64,000 bases of DNA from Vicugna vicugna. Its lineage: Eukaryota. Position 1 is the first letter of the stretch. The number at the start of each line of letters is the position of its first letter. Positions 38,030 to 51,557 of the stretch are shown piece after piece. The notes beneath the pieces are model-generated. The model saw nothing but the letters and a program-made list of their open reading frames with translations. It had not been told where the DNA came from and ran no database searches. Both the position numbers and the translations under genes were made by a program. The stretch covers positions 7,749,260-7,813,259 of the forward strand of contig MU058844.1 of the NCBI GenBank assembly GCA_013265495.1, written 5' to 3'.

Positions 38030-38644
38030 TGTATTAGGCTTCTCTAGAGAAATGGAACCAACAGGATTGATCAATCGATCAATTGATCTATCTATAATCT
38101 ATCTATCTATAGTATAAATAGGATAGGCTATATAGATAGGATCTATCTATCTGTAGATAGGATAACATCTCTAGATAGGATATATCTACCTATAGGTCGA
38201 TATAGAAATACAGATATAAGTACAGACATATAGAGATACGCATGCAATATTTATTATAGGAATTGGTTCACACAATAATGGAGTCTGGAAAGTCCCAGGA
38301 CCGAAGTCTACAAGCTGCAGAACCAGCAAGCTGGTGATGTCATTCATTCCACTTCCAAGGGTCTGAGAAACAGGAGTGCTGATGTCCAAAGGCAGAAGAT
38401 GGATGTTCCAGCTCAAGCAGAGGGCAACTTTGCCCTTCTTCTACCTTTTTGTTCTATTTGGGCCCTCAATGGATTAGATGATGCTCATCTGCGTTAGGGA
38501 GGGCAATTTTTGCTCAGTCTACTGATTCAAATGCTAATCTCCTCTGGAAATACCCTCACAGACACACCTAAAAATAAAGTTTTATCAGCTATCTGGGCAT
38601 CCCTTAGCGGAAGTCAAGTTGACCCAAAAAAATTAACCCTCACA
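38030..38644 (-). mobile_element. MLT2 solo LTR with internal (TCTA/TAGA)n low-complexity tract
   Basis: tgtattaggcttctctagagaaatggaaccaacagg...actgattcaaatgctaatctcctctggaaataccctcacagacacacc...tcaagttgac...attaaccctcaca. Confidence 0.9.
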
Positions 38645-40949
38645 GGTGCATCTGGTCATCAGCCAGTGAAGATCTGCAGGTCCAATACCAGCAGAGAGGA
38701 TGTAACTGTGGTTTCAGGTAAGACAGAGACACAGAGACAAGGGACGAGATGGAAGAGAACAGGGTATAAGCCTGTGAAGTCTTAGAACAGGGTCCAGTCA
38801 AGAAGCCCTGAGACAACTAAGTCGAGCTTTCCTAGTTCGAGTAACAACTCTGTCTCTATCTCATCTAAACTGTCCTAAATGACCTCTCCTGCCTCCAAAC
38901 AGAACAAAAAACAAACAAAAAAGTAATAAATGGTCCTAAATGAGAAAAAATGATCTCTGTTTATTGGATAGAAGATAAATCACTGAGAATATCCATGCCC
39001 AATGACATAAAAATCAGAAAACCTGTGTACTTAGCTGCAAAGGAAGTTAAAGATCTTTGCTTTTACTGCACACATTTTTCTAGCTGTTATGAAAAATTCT
39101 CCAGTCTTTTTTTCCACCCTCTCCTGTAGTTAACATTGAACAAAATCAAGCAGATAGCTTATAAGCTATGACTATAATTTAAATTAGAAGAAAGACTTTG
39201 TGGTTATATCTTCAAGTATAATCAGCACTTATGAACTGGAAAATTCCCATTCAAAAAGTGTTTCAATCTCTTTGATGTTTACGGCAAGATGGTTAGGACT
39301 TTCATCTTTCCTCCTTTCTTATTATTTGTGATTCATAGGTTTTTGGTTGAAAGTATTTTTAGCAGAACTTTTTAGAAAAACTTTTTATATTGTACCATAA
39401 TACCAGTTATTTGATAGTTATTTTATTATCCAAAATAATTTCAACAATTCTGAATTGTTATTATATTTTATGCTACACTAAATTTTTATAAATAAAATTG
39501 CTTTCCTAAAAACTATACAGATTAAATTCATCATTATTCTATAACTACTTTGAAATATCACTATATCAAAAAGATAACAAGTGGTTTATTAAAAATGTCT
39601 CATACATATCATTATTGTAAGCTACCATATGTCTTTCTTCATTTTAGTTTCCAAAGTCTAATGAAAGTTACAATATTAACCATATTGCATAGCTGTGTTT
39701 TCTAAATGTTTCTATGTTGTCCAAATTTCAAGACTTCTACTCTAAAGTCAATTTTCCTTCTTCTAGCTGACCACACAGAGAAAGAATTTTCTATATATAA
39801 AGACAATACAGAAGTGAAAACCATTTGTAAGTAAACAGCTGGAGCCAACAAAATAAGAAAAACTTCTCATTTCTCTATCTCCCTGACTTACTCAAATTTG
39901 TTATAACAAATATGGGAAAAAAAAAAGGAATTGAGGTGACTGCTAAAAACAATAAATTCATTCCATAAATAATTCTTTTTATAGTGTATTATTAAAGAAT
40001 TAACATTAAACTGATGGCCTGATCACAAAACAAATTAGTATGCTGTCTCTTTCAGCATGTCTTTCAAAACCTCAGCACCATTTTCTATTTGAGGAATTAT
40101 AAAAGTCAAATTTTTGTCACCATTTATATGCACTTTGAATTTATTTGTCTTTCATGCTTTCTTTAATGAGAACTTGATATTAGGAAGTCTAACATGATAG
40201 GGTCAATTTCCACTGAAGCTGTTTGCATTTGTGGCAAGAATCCTCCCAGGCTCTCGGGACCTAGTCATCTTACACATACATTTCAAAAATTAAGCAAGGG
40301 ACTCAGCAAGACAGTGCAAGTGAACAAATCAACATCTACATACCTGTAATCTTGAAAAAAAAAAGACACAAATCATGTGGCCTTTTGATGATGGTTCAGG
40401 AGCTGCTTATCATATTATGCAAATACAAAGAACACCATAGGCAAGTAGGGTGAAAACTAACATTACTGAAGTCAGCAAACTAGCTGTGAAACTTACATGG
40501 ACAACTGGCAGCTTTATGTTTTCAAATGAGTGACTCAACTACTCTGCTCCTTGTTTTAAAGGTGCCATGAAGGGATACTGTGTACATTAATTCATAAAAC
40601 ATATCAAAGAAATCCCACCTTAATATTAACCATTAATTCCCACAAACTCTACGAATCTCTCTTATTTCATCCCACAGAAGTTGTCCACAAACGCCACCCC
40701 AACGGGAATAAGCCTCTACCTTGATTTCAAGCATTTGTTTGTTTCACTAACAAATATTTTTACATCATTACCAGTTTCTATCAAGTTAGAAAATAGAAGA
40801 TGCTTGTCAGATCTTTAAGATAGAGATATCTTTCTCCTGATGAAGGTAATAAGCAGCAATGGAAAGAACACTGGACTCAACATTCTGAAGACACTAAACC
40901 TAGCTGATGGTGACAACACTCTATGAACAGGTTGCATAATGTTTCCATT

Positions 40950-41600
40950 TCACCAAGGAATTTTCTGCATCCACCAGGGGCTAAGTTGTTCTGGCTGCTG
41001 GGAATACAATAATGAACAAGAAAAAATATTTCTGCATTTCTCTCAGCTCAGTATCGAATTTGAATAACAGACAACTAACCAAGTCATTATAGTTACATGC
41101 GACATTACAGAAGAAATAGGAGCTATAGTGGGAATGCCTAGCAGGGATGCCCAGAAGATGTCAGAGCCGGGGTAAAAGAGACATTTCATAAAGATTTCCT
41201 TCCATCCTCCCCTAGCTCACTGTTCAGCTCCACAGGTCTCTTTTTTATTCCTTGATCACACAGTTCCTTTATTGAAATGTTCTTATTTCAGTTCTGCAAG
41301 TAACTGGCTCCCCACTCATCTCTCAAATCTTCATTGATGTCCACTCCTCAGAGTGAACATTCTGAGTTTGTATCACAAGCAATCACTGACACATTGCCCT
41401 GTTTTATTCTCATCATTCCATGTATAGGTGATTAAAACAATCTTCACTTAGAATTGATTTAACCAGATGATATCTATTTCTGGAACTAGGACAGGAGTTC
41501 TAGGAAGGCGGAGCCTCTGTTTAATTTTAATCACTGTTGAGTGATCAGTGCTGAAAACACGATGGGTGATTAATAGTTATTTGTTGAATAAATGATGAAT
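40950..41600. mobile_element. Two L2 fragments in opposite orientation
   Basis: Reversed L2 end (gttgttctggctgctgggaatacaataatgaacaaga), then a forward L2 ending taatagttatttgttgaataaatgatgaat. Confidence 0.65.
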
Positions 41601-44600
41601 CTGCCTTGATTACCTCACACAATGTTTAGAGAGTCAAATAAATAACAATTAACAACAACAGTGGCAGAAGCTTTGACACTTGAATGCTACTTTTTAGACT
41701 GCAGAATAATTTGATATGCATCATTTCATTTGAATCACCTGTCCGATCTACAAAGGAAGTCTGGCATGATGGAAAAAGCAAAAGTTTGTGGAGGTCAAGT
41801 GATTTCTTTAAGGTCTCAAAGATAGTATATGAGTAATAGCAAAAGTGAAATGAAAATATAGATCCTCAATGAACAAACTGACTCACTGTACCACATGGAA
41901 ATACAAACATTTTGCATACATAAATGGTAGACGTGCACAGGCAGAATCCTAAATAAACAAATTAGAAACTCATCAGCCACTTTCTAATGCAGCTTAACTA
42001 GCAAATAATCCCTAAATATTAATGATAAATCCATGCATCTGGCTCCCTTTCCCCCAGGCAGTATGTCATTATGTTCTGACAACAGTAGCACATTTTTTAC
42101 CATAGAAATGTTCTTTAAACTGAATGAAAAGGTAACTATTCATTAGCTATTAGTCTGCACAATTTTGTAGCTGCTTGTTATATGTCAGATGCTGAGATGA
42201 GACTTGGCAGAGACACATGGAATTGAACAGAGAACCAAAAATGCAATATTTGTCAAATAATGTGTGAAGGCAAGTAATGGCTCAGCAGCAAGGTGAACTG
42301 ATAAAAGATCAACGCAAATGATTCCACAAAGAGAGGGCCCTCATCTCAACAGGTCTCAATCACAAGTAACATTTGGAACAAATTCATTAATAGGCACTCC
42401 AAAAATTCCCTAGGAAAACTCAAATTTAAAGCCATTTGGAAATCTAAAAATATAATGTACATTAACGTTCCAAAAAGTAATGCAAACTTACAACTCCTGA
42501 GCTTTTTCCCAAGTAAGTATCTTCCTACTGTGAAGATTAAGAACTGGGGAAGGCAGATGGGGAGGGAGGCTAGCAAGTCCATCTTTTAATCCATTATTCA
42601 CTTAGAACAGGGATAAATCCTTAGATAGAGAATATAAAACTTCTTTTAGACAAAAAAAGAAGAAAAGCCCTATCTTACTGTGATAGATTAGCATTACCAG
42701 GGCAAGCATTTTCTCTGAATCACTGAAAGAAAATATTCCTTCTGGAATCATTGAAAAGTCAGACAGCCAGTGTGATTCCAGCAGAAACATGTGCAAAAAT
42801 AAGTAAAATAAATAAAAAGTGCTTTATATGTATACATTTGAATCCAAGTTTTGAAATGTGCTATTTCTTAATATTTTCCAAGACCAATTTATGGCACTCA
42901 TTATATTTTATGAACATCTCAGTAATCGACCTATACTGGTCATATTAAATATAAACATTAAACACTATTTATGGAATTCCATTGCTTATGACCAGTAACA
43001 AGGGGGCAATTACTGAGTAACTATTGAGAAATTCTGTTTCTAACATGAAAAAATAAAAATTTACCAATAAATATTATGTCAGGATTAATTCAAAAGTAGA
43101 CAGCTATGTACAAAACAGTTTTCTGATGTCACTATTTTTCAAAATTATTTAACAGTGTATCTTTAATAGAGTTCAACAAGTCTTCATAGAAAACAGACAA
43201 CATGCCTGCAATTGTCCTTAGGATGCAAAGGATACAAAGATGAAGAGATGCTGATGCTGTTCTCAAACACAAAATTTCAGCCCACCTGTTATAACACATA
43301 AATTCCACCCCCCCTCTCAAAATACAATCCTGATGAAAAAGTTTTACTTGGTGAATTTAAATAAACAGAAAGAGTTCATTATAAAGCAAATGCAATCTTA
43401 AAATTCCAAAATTTCCTTGGGAGATTAATTTCCTGGTTAAGGTTGTCCAGAATAATCATCTTCAAAATTAAATATAATTTTCCTAAACACATGCTGATCT
43501 GTCTAAAGCTATGTAGGTAACAGCACAAAGTAAAATCAGTGTTTATATGTCTATAAACACTTTATGTATTTTCTCTAATGCCATGCACGGTTACCTCTGT
43601 TTCATATTCCTTGAAGTCTTAAAAGTAAATACCTTATTAAAATATGGGCCTTTTCTAGAGGAATAATATTAAATCATTATCATCTCCTGATAAACTAGTA
43701 CAGATTAGTTTAGAAAAGGAAGGCACTTAGCAATTTGGCTACTTTCCAATTTCATCATTATTGAGGTTCTTATTCAGATGTCTTAAAATTTTGATAAAGT
43801 ATCAACATTTCACAGACACTGTAACATAAAGATTCCAAACTGGTCTTTTAAGATTTCTACATAAAATTGAATTCCACCTTCCAAAGAATGATTTTTTTCT
43901 CCTTTTTCAGTTTTATTAGGTAGAATTATTACAGTTTGACTGCACATAAACATTATATTGAATGATTTAAACGCTTAAAATAAAACACACGCACACCCGT
44001 GTACAGACATATGCAAAATGCATAACTCTATACACACACACAGCTTTTGAGAACAAGAAATCCCAAATTCTATACACTGAGAGAGATACAAATGATCACT
44101 CTCTTGAATTCATTTAATTATCGTGACTGAGACTGAGTTTTGAGTGCACTTCCTTGTTTATTTGCTCATTCCTGAAGGAGAGTATGTATTCTCTAGTGCT
44201 CATTATCTTGAAAAAATACTCTACTGGTATTAACTTCTAAAATGAATTTTGTCTCATGATTCCTTAAACAAGTGACATTGAACACCTAATAGACCACGCA
44301 TACTGACAAGTTTGCAGCATATTCAGGTCTATTCGTGGTTTTATGTATTGTTTCTCAAAGAGAACTGAACATACAGCATCAAATACAATTCAGTGAAGAT
44401 TTTACTTCAAGAAGATAGCTAATTAGGCGTTGGTTTAAACAGTTCAGGTTTTATTAGCTTGGTAGGGACACAAGATAGACTTCCTATGTTAGATATGGAA
44501 ACGGTCAGATCTTGGGCAACAGATATTTGCATGCGTGATTTTTCTGGCCAGCACTTATAATGGAGAGAATTCACATAGCAGTAGTGATTCACAAATGCTC

Positions 44601-47289
44601 TTGAAACAGAAGATTCTACATCCCTGCATGTCCACCATCAGCTGGAGTTGAGTTAAGACTGCACCCTTTAGATACTACTTGGAGCTGTCCCTTTTTCCGT
44701 CACCTGACCCCCTTCACTCATCTTAATTACCTGCCTGGGCTTAATTTTGAGAGAATTAAAAGGCTCACACCTCTTTCAGACTAAAGTCATAGAAAGAAAG
44801 AGTGTGAGCTCAACAGCCATCCCCTGTTCAAGATGCATTTCAAGATTCATTTGTAGTTCAGAACACACTAGTTTTACACATTTACTTCTCCAGCATTTTG
44901 GTTGGAGGTAAATAACTGTTCTTAAATTTTCAGAATTGTTTTAACTACTGTAAGACATATCTTCCACCATCTCTGAACATGTTGTATACACACATAAGAA
45001 CAAATCAAAACATGCTGCTAAAATAAAGTGGTAATTGCTTGTGAGTGGGCAGAGAAAAAAAAAATCTCCTTCACAGGACTCCAATTCATGAGATCTTTCT
45101 TTGAGTACAATTCAAAAAAGTCCCATTTATTCATTTTTTTGGAAAAGCAATGAATGAGAAAATTCTGTTGATGGGATGGCAAAAATGGAATTGTCACACT
45201 TTTCAAAACTTAATGCCTTTAGCATAAATTTTTCTCTGTCGTGTTGAATTGAGCAAATATGTTTCTTTCCACTCTTGCTCGCCAATTTCTTAGAAGTTAT
45301 TTTTGGGAGAATCAATTCCAGTTTGATTGTTACAAAGCAAAATTTTAGAGATTGTCACAATAGCTTTTAAAGTGCTTATAACGTTTTGGCTATTTTAAAA
45401 GTACAGCTACATTTTGAGAGAGTTGAAATCTCTTCTGGCTTCTTTAACTGAGCAGAAATTCTAAGAGGAAACTGTGCTACATTTTCCCTTCCTTCTCAGG
45501 GTGTTCATATTTTTTTTGTTTCAAGGGTTCACACAGAAGACACTGATTTAAAAAAACAAAACAAAACAAAACAAAAAAAAACCTTCTGTGATTAGCTGAG
45601 AAAATATCTTAAAAAAATCAATTTGGGGAAAGTTTTCTGTCCTCCAGCAAATGTCAACACTGAAAACTTGGCAGATGTCTAATTATTATTGCAGTTTTTC
45701 AAATAGACTTTTTATGACTCACCAAGACTATGAAATCAGTTCCATTTAAAGACTTCTCCTATATTATGTCAGAATATCCTGATTTACATGCTATCTTCTG
45801 AGACTCATTGTGTTCAGTCTGCCTGTGCTGCAAACATGGCAATACATCTTGTTCCCATAACTTGCTCTTGCTCCCCTTCTTCCATCCCTTCCTCCATGCA
45901 CTCATCAGATCCTCTGAGGCAGTACATATCAATTGTTCCCCCAAAGAGGTAAACAGAATAACCATATATCCAGGAACTTCCAGAACAGCTAATGTCACCA
46001 CAGTCCATTTGTAATAAATGGATATTTAGCATTTTGATACTATAAGGCCAAGTACAATGAGCAACGGAGTCTTTAGTCACTGATATCTGATTAAAATATC
46101 CAAAAGTTATCCAACTCTAATGCTCAGTTCAGCAATTTTCCAATGTCTGAGCATTGTTCTCTGAAAGAATATATGTTTTTTGAAATACAACTTATTGATG
46201 CAATTTAAACCTGCTTAAAATACACAAACTGTAAGGGTGACCAGTAGATTGTAAAACAGAGGTTGAATTTTCCTTCAAATATGTTATAATCAAGTGGGAA
46301 AACAGAAGCGTTTTAAAGTGCTCTGCTTAAGGGAATTTAGCAGAAAAGAGAAGAACCATGAAAATCCAACTACACCATATACTTGGTTATAAGCATCAGT
46401 TGGAAGACTGTTCAGTTAGTTTAGGAAGTATTGAATCCACATGAGATCACTATCACAGAGGATCAGATTGTCAAATCTGACTTAAAGAATCAGAACTTTT
46501 ATCCATCCAAAATAATACCAAAAGGCTAAGCAGCAGCAACAAGAGAGTCAACACATTGAAAGCAGCTCCTTGGGTCCTTTCCTGTATCAGATGGGGTTTT
46601 GTTTTTTCTTTTTTTTTTTTTTGGCCCGGAACATATGTGGTTGATAAGTGAGGTTCTTGGGTTTTTCACACAAGTAGAGGTGTTTCAGTTAGGTTTCAAT
46701 TATGACACAGCTTCATTTTAGACCCCAGAGAAGTGCATGGCTTACTTGGCATTCTCCAGGGAGCCGTGCCTTCTAGATCCTAGGTTCTATTTCCTACAGG
46801 TAATTCTTTGCCAGAGATATCCTGCAAAGGCATTTCAGATATAAGGTTTCTTCTTTCTAGTAAATATTATCCGTCTGTTTACCAAGAGGGCCAGCTGACA
46901 AAACAATTAGACTAGGTCATCTGACTCCTTTTTTGTTCCTCTGGAGAAAAGAAGTGAACGGATAGCTGCCCAACTGTCTTAAAGTCCTTCTCCCAGGGAT
47001 CTAGCCACATACTACAGAGAGCCCAAATGCCCCAAATTAAATGATTTCTGAACATTCCCATCTCAACCCTGTGAGATTTAACTTTAGACTCACAGGAGTA
47101 TATGAATTATGATGGTACATCATGTAAAGTTTCAAATGCCCAAATCCACATAGCATATTGTAAACTAAATTAATTCAAAATACAAATATAAGGCATATCC
47201 ATACTTCCTGTAACAAATATTACTTTCCAAAGATGGTTACTTTCATTATTTAGTTTTGTATTCAACAAGTAAATCTAAGTACAGATTGC

Positions 47290-48640
47290 CTCAAACTGTA
47301 TAAAACCTTGAGTTTATAACAAAAAAATCCAAATGAATTTCCTACCTTCATTAAGCTTATAATTTAAATGGCATAACTATAAACAAAAAATGTGGGAAAA
47401 AAACTCTGATGAGGGAAGCCTTCAATGCTGTTGAAAACCCACAGCAACAATGCTTAACTCAAAATTTAATAACTGAGGGAAACTTTCACAAGGAAAAGTT
47501 TACCTAAAGAATTTGTAAAAGGAAACTGAAGGTTGGAGAAATCACTGTTCAGTTTCAAGAAAACAAAGGATAAAGAGCCTAGAGTTCATAGAAACATGAT
47601 GCATTTGAGAAACTGAAAGCACTTCAGTCTGGTACAAGACAAAGCTAGAGAAGTGAGTGAGGGATTGATCAGGATGTTCTGTTAATACATTTGAATTTTA
47701 GTTTAAGCACAATTGGTTCCCACTGAATAATGCTATGGTATGATGCCTTTTGGAAATTCACAATCCAGAAAACAGGATGGGACAACATTAAAGTTTAAGA
47801 AACAAATGTGGATACTGCTGCAGGAATCCAGGTGAGAGACAGTGGTAGCCTGAGTATGAGCTGTAGCTATGAGGAAAAGTTGACTGGGTTGACTGATCTG
47901 CGGGAAACTAAACAGCCAAGACACAGAGATTGAATGGATGTGAAGGATGAAAAAGAGGGAAGTCAAGTATAATACCAAAGCTTATGACTGGGAAACTGAG
48001 TAAAGGATTTGCCATTGACTGAGGTTGAAAGCACAGGGAGAAGAGAGAATTGCAGAGAAAAACGGTAAGTTAATTTTGTTGAATGTTAAATTTGAAAAGT
48101 CAAACTAACTACGTGTAGTATTCCATAGGAAGTCGGATGAGTAGACCTGATGCTAATGAGGAGTATCTCTTTGGAACTATGTATTTGGAAATCACTAGCA
48201 TGGAGTTGGGAAATTAGAGTCATGAAGTTACATACAATTTTTTCGGGGGGATTTGCCCTCAACAGGGAAAAGAATGGAGCATAACACTGCACTATCAAGT
48301 GGAAGAACAGGTAAGGGAACAGGGTAAGAGCAAAGAAGAAAGAAGCAAGTTAGTGCGGTGTCATGGAAGCGCAGAGTATAGAAGAGCTTCTTCAAGGGTA
48401 TACTCAAGAACATTAAATGATGCCAAAAGGGGACTGAGAAATAGCTGTTGCATTTCTAAAATGAATGTGGTATCTTTAACAACAGAAATATTCATGGAAC
48501 ACTGATGAACAGAAATCAGATGGCATTAAGAGAGAAATGCATTAGGAAGTTAACAAGCCAAGAAATTAAGTAGAGTAAACCAATAAAGAAATAAATTTAA
48601 AAAATAGTAAGTAGACAGCTCTTTGAAGAAAATTGAACAC
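47290..48640 (-). mobile_element. Long L2 fragment
   Basis: Purine-rich reversed L2: aatccaggtgagagacagtggtagcctga; gagattgaatggatgtgaagg; gccattgactgagg; gtgtcatggaagc. Explains ORFs 47733-48505. Confidence 0.8.
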
Positions 48641-49534
48641 AAAGAGAATTAGGGAGGTGACAGAAGGTATGCAGTACGTCAAAGAATGTCATTTTATTTT
48701 GCTTAGTTTATTCAGTTGTATAATAAGAGAGACGGTCCTACTTACAGACTGATGCAAAGGAAAAAAGAAGCAGAGAAAGGAAAGAAAAAAGAGAGTAAGG
48801 ACTCCACAGAATATGGTTCCTAGGAAAACAAGTGGGTCGATTAGTCTTGGAAAGGAGAAGTGAAAATCAGAGAAGATGAGTGTGTTTGCCATTTAAATGG
48901 TGGAAGAGAAAATTGCTATTTGATATATATATATATATATCATCATGTTCTCATTAAAACAGGATATTATACAGCCATCGCCACAATTGAAGAAGGGTTG
49001 GGGTTTGAGGAGAATGGAGAAAGTCTGACATCATATTTTGTGGAAATTAAGTAAAAAGACTGCTGACTTGAGAAACAAACAAATTTTGGAGACACTGAAG
49101 ACGTGAAGTAGCCCACTGGTGGGATTAGGGAATACAGGGATTACTAATTCAAGAATGAGTCACTCCCTGGTGGGGTATTCCTCCCTGAAACCACAAAAAG
49201 TTTCATTATTATATTTAAAACCTTACCTTGGAATAGCCCATTTCAATCAGTTAGATAGCTCAGGAATTGCAGTAATTAAAATAAATGGCAAGCTAGAGTT
49301 TGCCAGAAATACTCCTTAGAATTCTCCTGCCACCACAGGACAAGTGATATCCCACCATGATTTCCCACCATATCGGATAATTCTATCAGAAATGTAGGCA
49401 ATTCTTTCCCTTCACAAATTCCTAATATTTACCATGACCTTCTACATTTTAATCTGTGCCTCTTATCTGTTTTTCACCCCCCAAATTCAGAAATATGTAA
49501 ACTCTTAGGTATTAAATGGTATTTACTCTGTTAA

Positions 49535-49757
49535 AGTTAAATACAGACCTTGACTTCAAAATGCCTGAGTTCAGACCCAAGCTCTGCCCCGACTAGTGGT
49601 TGATTTAGGCAAGTTGCTGACCTCCTCAAAATCTTATCCTCTCACTGTCAAATGCGAAGAATAATCTCAGAGGATACTGCAGCATTTAATACATCGAAGG
49701 ATCTTAAATCGTTGTATAATACACAGTCAACTCTCAGTAAATGTAAATTATTATTAC
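49535..49757 (+). mobile_element. MIR SINE
   Basis: tgcctgagttcagacccaagctctgcccc...ttaggcaagttgctgacctc...ctcagtaaatgtaaattattatta. Confidence 0.75.
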
Positions 49758-51487
49758 TTGGCTGTATCTGGGGGATAGGACGGGGTTTTGTGTTACAGGC
49801 TGGCTTTCATCACTGTGTGCTCTTCTTCAGGGAATCTATTTTGATTTGGGGCACAGTTAGGTCCAGCCAATGTTCCACACTGTAATAAGAAACTGCCTCA
49901 CCAGTTTAATAGGCTAAGACTTTGCAAAAAGGCTGATTATCAAGAAAACCAACAGTAAAAGTTCTGGAAAGTAGAGAAAGAAAAAAATTAATTTTTTTAA
50001 TTTCGATCCCATTTTAAAAATTAGATCCACCACCTATCTTTCTCTGGGACCACTGTTTTTGGACCAAAGACTATTTTCATGGGTGGTTTAAATAGCAAGC
50101 AGACCTTACTGACTCTAAAGGCTGGCAGACCTGGTAACGACTTACAGAACGAGGCTGTGGTGCCTACTTGTCTGAATAATTTTAAGGACTTGGCAGATAA
50201 TCCTCAAGGACTTTTTAATTGTAGTCTTCAGAAAGCCAGAGGACAGGCTAACGACCTTTGAAGCTTTCTTTCATTCTTGACTCTGTAACAGCAAATTCTT
50301 AGTTTACCCTAATATGATATATTTTACATATAACGTGAATATGATTCATTCTAATTGGACATAGCATTACTGCCAAGGATGGCTGTGGATAGCACTCCTT
50401 CCTGTCTTCCATTTAAGGCAGTGGCCCTGCCTGTTGTTTAAATTAGCCTTTCATGCAACCACTAACTCAAGTCCAGTGGTGATTCAAGCCAGAAACAGTA
50501 ATTTTATTTATATGATGTCTTGCATAGAACGGAGGGCAGGCTAGTAAAAGAAAAACAAATCTGGGATGGACAATGAATTAAATCAAAGCTGCTCTGTACT
50601 CGGGACGTACTTCGCTGGGTACGACAGAGTCTATCTACAGAGGTTTATAACGACTCTGCCAATATTAATTATTCATCATGCAGCCTGCAATTTTCAGGGA
50701 ACCCGGGCTAATGCTAGTAAATGTGATTCTCAGGGTAATACCTTCCAGCTGAATGATACAGAGCACAGCAGCTTCAGCTGTCATGTCACTAGTTGAAAAA
50801 AAAAGCATTTTTAAGGCAGTATTTCAGTGGATAGAGTAAGTTCAGACAGTTCAAAAGTTCATAATAAGCATACCTCACAGCTCTGTTCGAAATGGTGAAG
50901 GAAGGCTTAGGGAGGGAAGTAATTAGTCTAATTCCATTGGGATGGCCCAATATACACAGTGGATTAAATACAATTAGCCCCTGTCTACTTTAAGCTTTTT
51001 TCTTTTTCCTTATACCTAAAAATGATTTCACGGACTGAAACTGCATTTCATATCAGATGTAAAATAGCAGACTTGTTGGCTGGGTGGCAAAAAAACATGT
51101 TGCCACTTATTGACAGGAAACGAAAAGCCTGTTTCTGTGAATGAAGTCATGAGTAATTTTGTTTGCTGGGAAGAAGTCAGTTTGAAAGTCGTATTAAAAA
51201 AGACTCAGGGTATTTGATGGATGTTAATAACAGCATGAGAAAAAGGCTCTTCCCAGTCATGTTTTATTGCTTTATTCTATCCTCAGGATCTTGCCTTTCA
51301 AAATGTGATACTATTGTATCTGCCAATATTAATAGATACAATAATATCTGCCAATATTGGTTTGAGCTGTGGAAAGGACTTTTCCCAAAGAGAAATGCCA
51401 TGACACCCTTGACTTTGTTCATTCAGTGAAATGCTATTTGGACTGACTGTGTGAATCTACCTTTAGATATAGCATTTCTACAATGGA

Positions 51488-51556
<69 letters not shown>
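51488..51556. repeat. (AAT)23 perfect microsatellite
   Basis: 69 bp of uninterrupted AAT, which produces the poly-Tyr run in ORF 51423. Confidence 0.97.

Positions 51557-51557
<1 letters not shown>

Noticed and set aside
38068..38235. Self-complementary TCTA/TAGA tract as a structured RNA
   Set aside because: It is a decayed microsatellite at the usual simple-repeat position within an MLT2 LTR.
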